A stretch of 64,000 bases of DNA from the human T2T-CHM13v2.0 reference genome, Homo sapiens (GCF_009914755.1 NC_060947.1); one strand, 5' to 3'. Positions 12,760 through 29,110 are shown, numbered from the stretch's first letter. Notes: generated by a model not told the origin, from the letters alone. Made by a program: numbers and translations.

Positions 12760-13485
12760 TGTTACCAAAATGCCAGGTATTTGGTCTAGGTCCTGCTGGT
12801 CACACAGCCAGCCAATCGCTGAGACAAGTATTGCCAGAGAAGTCTTTAATTGGTTGCTGCAGCCTAGGAGATGAAAGATCAGTCTCAAATCCATCTCTCT
12901 GACCAACTGAAATTAGAAGTTTATATGGCAGGGAACAAATGTAACTACGTGTGGGAAAACAGGAACTTGGGAGGGGCAAGAGAGCAATCATGATGAATGA
13001 GGGGCCTGGAATCTCATTGTCTAGATGTGGTGGCCTGGTGAGTTTCAGTTTCTTGATACTTTTTGAGAGGCCTGGGGGTCCTTTCTTGAGGAAGGAACTC
13101 AGATAAAACAAATTTAAGTTTCAGCAGGGCGCAGTGGCTCATGCCTGTAATCCCAGCACTTTGGGAGGCCAAGGCAGGCGGATTGCGAGGCAGGCAGATC
13201 ACGAGGTCAAGAGATCAAGATTATCCTGGCCAACATGGTGAAACCCCGTCTCCACTAAAAATACAAAAATTAGCTGGGCATGGTGGCACGTGCAGGAGAA
13301 TCGCTGGGAGGTGGAGGTTGCAGTGAGCCAAGATCGTGTCACTGTACTCCAGCCTAGCGACAGAGTGAGACTCGGTCTCTAAAAAAAAAAAAAAAAAAAA
13401 AAGGAAGTTTCAAGCTTTAGGACCGGAAGGGTCAGTTTCTGTTTTTCCAAGAAAAAAACTCTATAGGAGTATTGGGTTGGTGGCA
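12760..13485 (-). mobile_element. ERV1 solo LTR (MER66/LTR26-like), interrupted by an Alu
   Basis: TG...CA ends with exact 4-bp TSD gtta (12756-12759, 13486-13489). Minus strand reads aaagcttgaaacttaaatttgttttatctgagttccttcctcaagaaaggacccccaggcctctcaaaaagtatc. The subfamily name is uncertain. Confidence 0.8.
13124..13404 (+). mobile_element. AluSc-like element with internal deletion and duplication, inserted in the ERV1 LTR
   Basis: TSD aagtttca (13116-13123, 13405-13412); A22 tail; right-arm block cctgtagtcccagctactcgggaggctga is missing. Confidence 0.9.
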
Positions 13486-13521
13486 GTTACACAATATACC
13501 TGACACAAAAAGGCCTTAACA

Positions 13522-13902
<381 letters not shown>

Positions 13903-14849
13903 TTATTGACACTCAAGCCACACAAATAGATGGCAAGACAATTTTTATCTGAGAGGGAAACTAATCTTTTCTAATACTTGTACTAGATAAGGCTTCTCTT
14001 TATTGACTTGCACTACAATTGTTTTAGAGAGATTTGAGAAGTCTTTAGTATAAAGAAGGGAAGGAGAAGAAATGGTAAATGTCTTAGGACTGACTCTAGC
14101 TGATAAAAGAAATAAGTTGTCACACCTCTATGAGAGTAATACGGACTAAGATAAGATATTTATTTTTAGCTCTAAATCATTCAAGCGGCTCCAGGCCTTT
14201 ATATAATACCATAATAATCATCGTATATAATCATGTTTTTCTTTCATACCCTATTAGCACCATCTAAGGGAAGGAAATAAGATTCATCAAAAGGTGTTAT
14301 ACAATCTGTACACAATTGTGAGTTCCTTCCAATATGTTGTGACAGATGAGGCACAACACATCTCAGCTTTATCCAACCTCATTTTCAGAAAAATCATTTT
14401 GAAATTAAACATGACAGGGGGAAAAGAAAAAACAAAAGGCAGATAATTACCAAGAAGCTCTTGGATTTCTGTGTTTACAGACAAATCAAAAGAAGTAGAA
14501 AGCAGAATTTCTCACTGACCGTGAAAGAGTATTTTGAACTCAAAAGTATTTAGAACATAAGATGGATGGTGGAGGGTGGAGGGTGGAGGGTGGGTGGGGG
14601 GGCGCTTACAGGAGGTCCTTTCATTTGTACTTTGTCTCAACGATTCTGATCTTCAGTGTATCACTGTTTCCCAGCTAGTGTATGTACACAATAAAAGGTA
14701 TACCAAAGAGTTCCTATGTGGATCATGATGTCTTGAGTCCTCCATTCATCCAGAGATAATATTGGACATAATGGAGAAGAAAATACCTGGTACATATATG
14801 TCTACATGTGTTTATATGTTTTTAATGACTTCACCGTCTAAATACTGCA

Positions 14850-15650
<801 letters not shown>

Positions 15651-16289
15651 CTTGGCTCTACTTAGTGACTAATAGTGGGGAATTACACACTTATTGGCAA
15701 GGAAAATGAGAGTGAGATTTTGAGATTGACCCTAACTCTCATAGTAGTCTTTTCATTGTGCCTTCACATAAGCTTGGTCCTATTTCAGATTCACTTGCAT
15801 TCGAATAAGCAGTCTTCAATGTAAGTTACTGCTTTCCAAGAACATAATCTAAATGTTCTGTAAGTTTATATTAAAAGAACTTTAACCAGTATCCAAAGGC
15901 TGAAAGAAAGTAGACTTGGGACCAACTATACTACTGGAAAGAATGGCAATGCCACATCCTTGAAAAATCTTCATTACCTACTGAGCTAAGAGAATAAGTC
16001 AATTATGACAAGAGATGAGAAATATATGAGGTAGCAACCTATGGGACATGCTAACAAGTAGTAAGGCTACTAATACTCTGAAACTCTTAGTTTTAACCTA
16101 CTCAAGAAGCCTTTGAGGAGCGGTAGGAAGGAGAGTACAGTGACTACAAAAAAAAATGAAGAATTAAGGAAGTTGAGGATAAATGATGAGGCATAGGAAT
16201 AAAGGGACAAGTAAGAAGGCTCTGAATGTAATGGCCTAAGTATTCCTACCAGCATCTCAAATATATAGGTGCATGTAAAGAACAGAAGC

Positions 16290-16500
16290 AGCAGCAGCTA
16301 ATATATATGGAATACTTTGCATTTTAAAAAACATTTTTCTATCAAATATCTTATTTTATCACAACTAGTCTGTGAGGCAGTATTTGTTATTTCTTTATTA
16401 GGAATGAAACAAAAAAAACCCTGAGGTTCTAAGAAGGTAGCTTATCTAAGTACACAAAGCTGACATGTGGCCTGGGCTTAAAACTCATCTCGAACTTGTC
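16290..16500 (-). mobile_element. MIR relic
   Basis: ctgtgaggcagtatt...ctgaggttctaagaagg...aagtacacaaagctga. Confidence 0.55.
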
Positions 16501-16519
16501 CGTAGTAATTCTAAAAGCA

Positions 16520-16730
16520 TGTGTATTTATTTGACCCATGACTGTCTTCCTACCAAACTTAAAATCCCACAAGAGATTTAAACCAGTATCCAAAGGCTGA
16601 AAGAAAATAGACTTAGAAGCAAGTATACTACTGAAATCATACCTGGCTTGTTTACCATGATATCTCTAGTGCTTAGTACACTGTTTACCCCAAAGAAAGT
16701 GGTTTAAAAATATTTGCTGAATAAATAAAA
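16520..16730 (+). mobile_element. L2 3' terminus carrying a templated insertion
   Basis: ctgtcttcctacca...cttgtttaccatgatatctctagtgcttagtaca...aatatttgctgaataaataaa. Confidence 0.7.
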
Positions 16731-17684
16731 GAACAAGCACTGGTTGGTTGGCTTTTTCTTCACACAAGATAGAGCACGCATTGAAATTCTAATTTGAAAA
16801 CTCCACCTAGGACTTCAGGTGACTTTATGTTAGCTATAGAAATATATTTGAAGATCCCTTAATATAGAGTTATCCATGGTCCTGACTTATTAAAATTTGA
16901 AATAAAATTAAATATAAAAAGATAATTCAATTTAAAAATCACATATCTTCTGACTCAAAACAAATATCATTTGGTTTGTAAAACTATACTGGCATGAGAT
17001 TCAGAGTTATTTCCTGAACCTGCAATAAGTGATGTTGCTCAGGCGATTGTTCCCATAATTAATATTTTCTGTGAGCAAGTTCTATTTTCTTGGACTATGA
17101 GTATATTTTACTCTATATTATCTTCCACCACTATGATTTAGGTCCACTCTTTTGTATTATATAATACAATTGTTATTTCTTTTGTGATGATCATAGAAAT
17201 TTATAACGTAATTAAGAATCATAATGAATATCCAGCCTTGAGAAATGCAAGTTATTTGATGACAAAGAAAATAAATTAATTTTTATTAAGCTAAAGATTG
17301 GAGGAGTCAGTTTTAAATTCACAAAGAAAATGCTTCATGTATTGTAAATGCAGGTGATTTAGGAAAGAAATGAAGACAGGGTTTAGATTTATTTTTTCTT
17401 TTACTTGCAGCTTTTTTTTTTGTTTTTTTGTTTTTTTGTTTTTGCAATTCTGGTGCTCAAGTCAGCCTGGCACTTAGTGTCACCAAGGAACTGGGCAGAT
17501 TGGACCAATTCCTGGAATAGTAGTCTCACTCCACAGCCCTGTGGTGCTTGAAAGAGTGAGTTTTAAGAAAAAGGAATTAGAACTTCAGTGGAACTCATTA
17601 CCCTGAAGGCCAAAATATAAATCAGTTACAAAAGGGCATAGATAAATTCATGAATGAAAGGTCTGTGGAGGGAAAAAGGAAACC

Positions 17685-17900
17685 AAAGAGGAAAGATTAC
17701 AATCTTAGACCATAAATTGGGAAGGGAACCTCAGGAGAGTATCTGGTCCAGCTAAAATAAATCCCCACTTTGCTGATGAGGCAACTGAAACAAAAAATCA
17801 CCGGCTTAAGCTGAACAGCCAGTCAAATGAAAGAGACTTATAAACAAGGATTCTTGCCTCATGGGGCAACATATGTTTCACCATCCTGCCATACTGTTTC
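17685..17900 (-). mobile_element. MIR/MIR3 relic
   Basis: ttgggaagggaacctcaggagagtatctggtcca...ttgctgatgaggcaactga. Confidence 0.5.
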
Positions 17901-18245
17901 CCACTCACTGTGCCCCAAACTGTGTCCTGGTGAGTCACCCAGTGGTTTCAACCTGGGGGAAATTTATTTTGCAATGAATCCTTCTTTGAATGTTATCTGT
18001 ATTCATATACTATGGCAGTCTAAAAACAATAGAAGTGTTTTTCACAATCACCTTGTTTTAATTAATTCCATTTGACCTGCACTACAAATCTTGTTTCCTA
18101 TGACAAATATCATTCCATCAAAAATGAAAGTGAATTTCTGCTATAATTAAAAAGCCTCCATATAATGCTTCAAAATTTCTGCATTCCAGGCTCTAAATTC
18201 AATCTGGACAATCATCTGGAGTTTGTTATAATGACATATAATGAG

Positions 18246-18673
18246 TGCTATGGTTTGAGTGTTTGCCCCTTCAAAAGTCATGTTGAAATTTAATCCCCAG
18301 TATGGCAGTATTTAGAGATGGGGACTTTAAGAGGTGAGGTCATGAGGCTCTGCCCTTATGAATGGATTAATCCACTCATGGATTAATGGATTAATGGGTT
18401 AATTAATTAATGGTTTAAAATGAAAGTGGGACTGGCAGCTTTACAGGAAGAGGAAGAGAGACCTAAACTAGCACTCTAAGCTTTGCCATGTGATGCCCTG
18501 CACCATATCTGGCTTCTGCAGGGAATCCCCACCAGCAAGAATGCTTTCAGCAGATGCAGCTTCTCAACTTTGGACTTCTCTGCCTCCATAACTGTAAGAA
18601 ATAAATATTTATTCTTTATAAATTACCCAGTCTCTGGTATTCTGTTATAGGCAACAGAAAATGTACTAAGACA
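18246..18673 (+). mobile_element. MSTB-type MaLR solo LTR
   Basis: tgctatggtttgagtgtttgcccc...atggattaatccactcatggattaatggattaatggg...aaataaat...aaattacccagtctctggtattctgttata...actaagaca. Confidence 0.9.
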
Positions 18674-18819
18674 ATTAACGTTTCAGTTTGAATTACCAAG
18701 GAAACAAAATGCACTAGCAGTGCCTATACACAGAGTATTTATTGTTCTTGGTAGGCATTCTGTATGAATGCACGTTGACATGTACAAAGTAGAAACAATT
18801 TTGAATCTCAAAAAATGTG

Positions 18820-19030
18820 TGGCGGAAATAGTCAAGGGTCATGGAGTTTGAGAATAATCTTTCCAACTTAACATAGTCTGTGATTTTGGATAAGTCATTT
18901 CACCTTTCTGAAGATCTGTTTCCTCATGTGAAAATAAAAAGGAAATGTAATCTTTAGTTCCTTTCCAGCATGCATATGTGCTTTATAAACTGTGGGACAC
19001 TATACAAATGTGAAGATGTACTGTTATTAA
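18820..19030 (+). mobile_element. MIR
   Basis: tgtgattttggataagtcatttcacctttctgaagatctgtttcctcatgtgaaaat. Confidence 0.7.
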
Positions 19031-19747
19031 GACAATAACATCCAAAATTTTCTAAAGCAACTACTTGTAAAGAGGAGTTACCACAAAATATGTAGGGCTG
19101 GTCCTTGAGACATAATAATGAGTAAGTTAATCTTGCTTTTTGCAAACCCACTCTTAGACAACCAGTATTACTTGGCTATTTTCAACTGCTAAGAATTATC
19201 CCTGAGATCACCACCTTGGGCTGACTTTCTCAATTACTTGTCCCTAACACTTGGGATTTATCTCTCATTCATGAACCTTTCTATTTAGGCCCTCTTCTCT
19301 AGTACCTTTCTGCTTTCCAAAGGCTATGGAAAAGTATCTTACACAGATATCTGTTCTGAGTGGCCAACGACTAATAATAGATCCCCATCCCATTTGCATT
19401 AGTTTCTTCACTGCTCCAGGCCCCCTATATGGAGGATGTTTTGTGCCAAAGCAATGATTCAGATAAAAGGAGTTTCAAGACAATAAGGCAGACTTGTTGG
19501 AAGATATCTTGGAGCTAGAAATATTTTATGGCATCCCCTATCATAGCCCAAAGGTGTGCCTTGGGCAAAGATGATTCCTGTAAAGACCTCTGGCTTCCAT
19601 ACAATAGGCATCAAAGGATGTCAATTGTCTGTTGGTCATAGCAAGAGTCATTTTAAGGGTAAATATTGAGAATATGCCTAGGTATCACTTTTTTGTTTCT
19701 CTCATATATGAAACATTTTCCTTATAGTGGGTTACAGTAAAACTATA

Positions 19748-20592
<845 letters not shown>

Positions 20593-21750
20593 GTGCAGTC
20601 AGTGGACAGAAACTATATTCCTTACATATGCCAAATACACTCAATCCATCTCAATACTGACCAAGAGTTTTATCTAATTGGGGCATCAGGCTCAGGATCT
20701 GAAATCTGAGCCTGTTATTGTCTTAATAAGGGGGCTTAATAACAATATTCTTTACTTTTCAGACAGGACTTTGTTATCTTTATCAGGTTCAAGTGAAGAT
20801 AAGGCTCCATGGATACAATTCCTACGGTATGAGACCTTTCAATCGAAAAGTTTGTGATGTAAGAGACAAATTATCTTCCACTCAACATACAACTGTGGAC
20901 AGACATAACAAAATAATAGGAACTCAAATTTAAAGAGGAAGGCAGGAAACACATAGCAGTCGGGGGTCCAGGACAATTTTGAAATTCAAAATTTCCAGAC
21001 ACTTTCTTTATTAGGACTCAGTTTTACTCCCTGGATCTTGGCTCCACTCCATGATCTCTTGATCATGTCCTCTGAGTCATCCTTCTCAGCCTATTTCCAG
21101 ATCATAGAAGTTTGCCATTCCAGGGTGTATTAGTCTGTTTTCACACTGCTGTAAAGAAAGTACCTGAGACTGGTAATTCATAAACAAAAGAGGTTTAATT
21201 GACTCATAGTGCTGCATGGCTGGGGAGGCCTCAGGAAACTTACAATCATGGTGGAAGGGGAAGGGGAGCCAGCATATCACATGGCAAGAGTGGGAGCAAG
21301 GGGAGGGGGAGGTCCCAGACTCTTAAACAACCATATCTCACGTGAACTGAGTGAGATCTCACTTATCATCAAGGGAATGGTGCTAAGCCATTAATGAGGG
21401 ATCCGCCACCATGATCTAATTACCTCACACCAGGCCCCACCTCCAATGTTGGAAATCACATTTCAACATGAGATTTGGAGGGGACGCACATCCAAACCAC
21501 ATCATCTTTCTTTAGTTCATCTCTATCCACCCTGTACAATATATAACTAAAAGAAACCATTGATGCCTTCAACATTCTTCATAGAAATCTATTTAGCCAG
21601 GCCCATCACTTCAGGTACGTTTTCTTTTTTTCTTATTGCTACAAGGTGACAATTATGTTAAACTTTCTGCCACTACATACAAAACATCTCCTTTCCTCTA
21701 GCTTCCAATAACATTTTCCTTGCTCTTCTTTAAGCACTCACTAATAGATT
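20593..21750 (-). mobile_element. MaLR (MLT1) internal sequence remnants, interrupted by MSTA
   Basis: gagacaaattatcttccactcaacatacaac and aaactttctgccactacatacaa...cctttcctctagcttccaataacattttcct resemble MaLR-int; adjacent to the MLT1 LTR. Confidence 0.55.
21126..21504 (-). mobile_element. MSTA MaLR LTR
   Basis: tgtattagtctgttttcacactgct...ggaggcctcaggaaacttacaatcatggtggaagg...gagatttggaggggacgcacatccaaaccacatca. Confidence 0.9.
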
Positions 21751-21844
21751 CAAGGAGAGGGAAGCTAGATTCAACCTCTCAAGGTGAAGCCATGCTTTAC
21801 CATCCTATATAATCCATTTCACTATTTTCAGATTTGTAAAAATG

Positions 21845-22100
21845 GTGATAATAATAACAGCTACCTTGTATAGAAAAACTTCTATGTTTTAGACATAATC
21901 TAGGTGCTTTACATTTATTATCTCATTTACCCTACACAATTACCCTACTTTGTGGAAAGTATTGCTATCCCCATTTCACATTAAGGACAAAGAGGATGAA
22001 TAATTTCTCCGAAAGTCCACAGTTTACAGGTGACAGTGTCAAGTAATGAGATATACCTAGCTATACTGAGATCAAACTCTACAGCTTATACTTTACTTCA
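21845..22100 (-). mobile_element. MIR
   Basis: ataataacagctacc...ctaggtgctttacatttattatctcattta...tattgctatccccattt. Confidence 0.7.
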
Positions 22101-22489
22101 TGTAATTTCATGCTGAGAAGAGATCATTTATACTCAATGTACTTGCAAATTAAATCAAAATGTAAATGCATCAGGGGAGAAAATTTAATAACTTTTCCTC
22201 ATAACCAAAGAAATATTATTTTATTGTAACAAATGAGAAAATAAAGACAAAAAGAAAATAAATACTACATAGTGATTGGAAAGAAATATAAGAAATTTAT
22301 TATTTTGTATGCTTCAGGATAAGAGAGGTGGAAGAAAAATAGTGATACTGATATTATCAGCAATGTTTTATTTCTGTTATTTACGAAAAGGATTTGAAAT
22401 AAAGTAAAATAATGTTAATAATTGTAAGTTTTAGGGGCTTATACAAAGATAGATGGTATAGTTTTTAACTTCTTAAAAATTTGGAAAAA

Positions 22490-22563
22490 TTAAATTTTCC
22501 AGTAGTTTCAATGCCCAAAGAAAATAACTTCAAATATTTTGGCATATATCGATCCAGTCACTA

Positions 22564-22609
<46 letters not shown>

Positions 22610-22890
22610 CACACTATACGATGCTTGTAGCCTATATTTTCGCTTAACCCTACGTTTGAATATCTTTCCCATTTTAACATTATTTTTAATGGTTTCATAT
22701 TACTTTACATGAGGCCCCTATTATTGGATATTTATAATTTTTGAGATTTTTCAGTTATAAACAATGCTTAAATGAATATTCTTTCAACTGAATTTTGTCC
22801 ACATAGCCATGATTATTTCATTAGCATAAATTCCTCAAAGTAGAATCCAACAGGCAAAGCATATGTACATTGTCAAGGCTTTTATATCAT
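22490..22890 (-). mobile_element. Old L1M (L1ME-like) 3' fragment
   Basis: ccctattattggatattta...ttataaacaatgct...attatttcattagcataaattcctcaaagtagaat. Confidence 0.65.
22565..22606. repeat. (AC)21 microsatellite
   Basis: Uninterrupted AC run. Confidence 0.97.
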
Positions 22891-24419
22891 ATTAAAGCAA
22901 ACTATAATGTAAAATTATAGTGTATGTATACATATATACACACAGACACGCACACACATATATGAAGAAAGAAAGAGAGAGAGAAGTAAATCCCTCTTTA
23001 AAGTTTCCTGTTTTATCTTTTGAGGACTCAAAATATTCACATATCACATTGCTTGAAGTTAGGTACCTGCAGTGCTGGCCTCTGACTCTCATGAAGAGCT
23101 TCCCCAGGTGAAAGGCAAGCCCTGAAGAAAAGAGGCCTTAAGTAAAATAAAACCTCAAAGCTATAGAGCTATGTGTCCAGATCTACTGGCCTGTCCTAAA
23201 ATAATTGGCTCATTAACTAGCCATCCTGGTTTAGTACCAATATCAAAGACTAATAGGAGAATAGGCTGTAGGCTTGCATACTCTCTGGACATACCAATTA
23301 TTCTTTGGATACAATGCTGTGGGTACAGTGTACTTTGATAGCAGAAAAACGTTAAGTGGGCTTTGGGCCTGAAGCTGTGATCTAGGCATACACAGAAAGT
23401 GAGAAGGGAGACAGGATATGATAAAGGGCAGTGGCACTGAGCAGAACAGCATGGAAAAGGGAGCACAGCAAGAGCTTATTAAGGACAGAACAAAGATTTG
23501 GCTCTTCTCTTTATATCTGTGTAATTTTGGAGTTCATTCGAATGGGTTTTGCAGGAGGATCATTGGTGATATGAATAGACACAATTTCTATGCTTACGGA
23601 GATTACTGCCATCATGAAAACCACCTCTGTCAGTATGCATGGTTTTCTACCCCCACATCTCCCACCACCACTTTCCCCCTGCCACACTGCCCTCCGAAGG
23701 CAGAACCAGAAAAATGTTGACAAGGAAGCTATTCCAAAGCAATGAGTTTGCTGGGTGGCATAGCTAAAGAAATCTTTCATCAGCCATAGAGTCTGTACTC
23801 TGAGGCACATGTAAGGGAGCAGACAGAATCAGATTAAGAGAAAGGCCAGCTGAGCAATTGCTCTGGTACTCACTTATAAGAGATACTCAAATACAAATAG
23901 AATAAAATGACAAAATATAAATTGTTCTTACCTCTAACAAGGTAGAAAACAAAGTAAACCAAAACCTTTACCTCTCCTTTTCTTCAGATCTATCTCTGTT
24001 GAGTGAATATGTCTACTGGGTCATACAGTTAGTAACCAGTTCAGTTAAAGGAGGTATATTGTTCTTCAAATTCCTATTCCAGTGCTCTTTTCACTGCACT
24101 GTATGGGTTCTCTAAAACAATGTATATTCGTAACCAAGTTATCTTTCAAGCTACTACATGGAGAATGGATAAAAAAGTTGTTTTTGTGTTTGTTTTGTTT
24201 TAGAAGTCAGCATTGATATTTTAACATGCATACTTGACTTAAAATAAAATGAATCATTATCTTTATGTTATCCCTAAGAACAATACAAGGAACCTTAGTT
24301 TGCTTTCATTATAGTCAGACCCTTCCCATTTTACAAGTAATTTGTACACTTTTAGTTATATCTTGTTTCATCCTTTTTGGGGAAAGACATAATCTTTGGT
24401 GTTAGGCCTGAGTTCAAAT

Positions 24420-24795
24420 TCTAGTTAAATAAAATGTGGTTCATCCATACAATAGAATACTGTGTATTCATAACAAATTATAATGTAGATACTTCCTAAA
24501 ACTGTATGAATTGATATGGAAAAGCATATATAATATATTGTGGGGAAATGATAACAGAGAGGTGTATATAGTATGCTATTATTTATATTTTTAAATATAT
24601 ATGAGTATCATCTAGGGATAGAGAAAAAAGGCTGAATGAACAGATACCAAAATATGAACAGTGTTCAGTTCTGAACAACGAGAGTAGGGGTGGTCTTAAT
24701 TACTTTTTATTTTATATGTCTATTTCATATATTTTTCTGTGTGTGATGATCATAATTTACTTATATAGTTTTAACTCTAAAATTGTTAAAAATTA
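24420..24795 (+). mobile_element. Old L1M (L1ME-like) 3' fragment
   Basis: gttaaataaaatgtggttcatccatacaatagaatact...tgatatggaa...tatatagtatgct. Confidence 0.65.
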
Positions 24796-24828
24796 CAAAT
24801 ACTGTTCTTATTATAAAAGAAATCTGTC

Positions 24829-25235
<407 letters not shown>

Positions 25236-26246
25236 TCATGACTGAAAGTAGTTGCTTTCAAGATAATTAACATATTCCTCAGTTCACAATCTAATAGATC
25301 AATCATCTGTTGAATGAGTAATCACTCATCAAGATATTAATATTGACATTCTCTTTTATTTTCTTACTCTCCATCTTAGGTTGCCTACTATATTTTCTAA
25401 ATTATTGCTAGGATATAAACTCAGTTATACCTATCATATTTTAGATCATTTCTATCCATGTTTTCTGTATCACTCCCCTTCTCCCATTTTGACCTACATG
25501 CCTACCTCTAACACTTTGAACATCATCATTTTATTATCTCCCCACCATTCTATCTATTTTGAGTAGAAAAAAATTATTTCTTTCCAGGTGTGGGTGTGAT
25601 TTTACCTAGTAGGCTTTGTCTGGCCTCCGTCCTCCTAGACACAGAATGGGAGCCTTGATCACTGAAATCTTATTATGTTGGTGACTCCAGAGGCATTGCA
25701 CATTCTATAGCTACTTAGACATTCCCATTCCCACCTCCCATTATGTACTTGCTAGGTGATAGATTTCCCAACATGTCCCAAGTGGCTCCAGTGTCTCTGA
25801 GCAGAACAATGACATTTTCCAGTAGATGTTATGCTCCTCGTTATATAAGCAGTCCCCATAGAAGATTGTTGGTCTCACTCTGAACTCCAGCCAGAGCATA
25901 CTTCTACATTAATAAAGAGAATAAGGCATTTCTCTGTTGTTCATCTCTCTCTGTTTATGTTTTCCTCAATCTGTCTCTCTTAATTTGACTGTCTTTTTTT
26001 GTGGGGAGGGGGTTGTACAAGTGTGCTTCTTTTCTCTTTGTTTCTGTCTTTCCCTCAAGCACATTTTCTTTTTTAAAAATATTCTGTATCCTTTATTTAG
26101 ACTGTAATTCAAAAAATGCAGGAGTATTGCTGGGAGTTAAGTATCTGAGAAATTGAGCTCCAATAGTGTTCAGAGACTGACTGATTCAATTTCTTCACCT
26201 TGCTGTTCACTCTCCCATCTGTTTCTTTTGCCTAGAACCTTGTTTG

Positions 26247-27918
26247 TGTCATGGGATTCTTGGGGTGTTGCTTCACCAGCTGCAAACCTCTGTGGCCAGT
26301 GGCACCTTTACCTGAGTTTTGCTTGGGCCCTCTGGGCTCACTCCACCCACTTGACCTGGCAGGCTGCACTCAGCCACACTACTGGCCTGGATCCCATGCC
26401 TGCCAAGGGTGAGCCAGGTGCAGAGCAGAGAGGGTTGTGTGAGTGAGTATGAGGAACAGCCACCACACACAGCCAGGAATGCCTTCTGCGGCAGGGTGGG
26501 CAGATCCAGGCACTGGCAGTGGGCCAGCTCCCTGCAAGGCTGCAGCTGGACCAGGCATACTGCAAGCAGCTTCTACAGCTGGCACCAGGAAACACAGTGG
26601 TCCTCGGAAGCTTGGAGATGCCATGAAACACAGAGATCCAAAGAGGATGTCACAGTTCTGGCTCAGGATGCTCCTAGGTCTGGCCCTCCACCAAAAGGCT
26701 GCAGCTCTTCTCCCCTTCTTTCTTCTCTCCTTCTTGTTGCCCACAATGTGATGAGCAAAGGATGTGTTTCAGCCCTGCTTGTGTTACAACTCTTTTAGCC
26801 CCAGAATTCGGTGGGACCCGAGTTCTTGTCCTGCGTCCAGAACGAATGAGGTACGTGGACAAGTGGAGAGTAAGCAAGATGAGAAGGAGCTTTATTGAGC
26901 AACAGAACAGCTCAGAGGAGGCCCACATTGGGTAGCTCCTCTCCGCAGGCAGGGTGTTCTGACAAGTGTTCAGCTCTCAGCAGAAAGAAGACCCTGGAGT
27001 AGGTAGCTCCTCTCCACAGCTGGCCATCCCATTGTCTGTTCAGCTCTCAGCAGAGAGGAGACCCTGGAGTGGATAGCTCCTCTCTGCAGCTGGCCACCCA
27101 GTGGTCTGCTTGAGTCTGGCTGAGTCTGGAGTTTCTATGGGTCTCAGAGTGGAGGAAGTGCGTGTTAATTGATCCATATGTGGGCCTAGGAAGGCCTGGA
27201 AAAAACACCAAAAGTTCACACTCCAGTCCAGGGAACTGGCAACCCATCCCTCAGGATTTAGGCCCTCCCTGGCTTAAAGGTGGGGCTTCACCAGGTCCCA
27301 CCCCCTTCCGCCAAGAAGCCTGTCTGCCTCCTGCCATCATTCATGGCACCCAGGCTGTTTATGCCAAAAGGCACCTGCAGGCCAGTGCTGAACTGCCCTC
27401 AACCTCCACTCAGCCTCCCTCCCATGCTCCTCCATGCCCGAAGTCTGGAGGACACCAAGGCAGCAAGGGCCTGGTGTGTCAGCACTGCCCTGAGTTTACA
27501 CACAGCTGGCCAGGCTGCAACAGCATGGCTTGGCCCCAACCTGGCTCTGAAATTGGAGTGGGCACCAGGAGCTGGGAGTGGCCAGGCAGCAGGAGCAGAC
27601 ACCTCTAAGCCTGCAGAGGCAGGGTGGGCCTTCCCAGGCCCCCAAGAGTGCAGAGATGCCCAGGTCTGTAGCCATGGCTTGGGTGGCTGCAGCTGTGCCT
27701 GGGAGGACAGGGCTCCTGCCTGCTCCCAGCCCCCAAAACATAGGGAGTCCTGGGTCCACAGCCACAACTTGGGTGGCTGCAGCTGTGCCTAGGAGGGCAG
27801 GGCTCCTGCCTGCTCCTGGCTCCTGCTGGCTCCATGGAGCACACAGCCCTGGCCACAACTCCCCCACTGCAGCTGGTATCATGGCAGTGGCTGCTCCATA
27901 TGGCTGTCACTGACATCA
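26247..27918 (-). mobile_element. MER52(A)-type ERV1 long solo LTR
   Basis: Minus strand starts tgatgtcagtgacagccatatggagcagccactgccatga; plus strand starts tgtcatgggattcttggggtgttgcttcaccagc. GC-rich, with internal repeats (gtagctcctctc x3; cttgggtggctgcagctgtgcct x2). Confidence 0.85.
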
Positions 27919-28352
27919 ATTACACATAGTGGGCAAGCTAATCTCCTGATGGATATTGCCCAAGGAACATACGTCTTTAGCTATTTTACAACTGTGGCCT
28001 CCAGAACCCTGATATAAGTTATAAGCCAGCCTAAACTCAGTACATGGTATGTCAACATCAGCAACTCTCTATAACATCCAAATAGACACTCGTCAACATA
28101 AACAGACATTATCTTCCTTCCAGATAAAAGATCTTACCTTCTAAAAGGTCAGAAAAGCCCATCTCTAAAAGCAGAAACCTAATAGTGCCCTTTAAAGAGC
28201 TCCTCTTAACAAACGCCCCACATCTGTTTGCTCCAATGAAGGAATAAGTGGTTGAAGAAATAATCATTTAGAAAGATGTAGGCACTGGCCCCAGATTTTG
28301 AAGCAGTGTAGTAAAGAGAATGATTTTACATAGAAAACGCAACAGAAAATAA

Positions 28353-29110
<758 letters not shown>

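Noticed and set aside
17385-17445. Strong-looking 3' splice site (ttttttcttttacttgcag at 17410)
   Set aside because: It is followed directly by a T-rich simple repeat and has no convincing paired donor; likely chance.
21121-21509. MSTA LTR without a matching TSD (caggg vs tcttt)
   Set aside because: Compatible with an adjacent deletion, but this is common in old nested MaLR relics and I cannot resolve it by eye.
26153-27919. Dense cluster of ORFs up to 170 aa
   Set aside because: They coincide with the GC-rich MER52 LTR and are chance frames.
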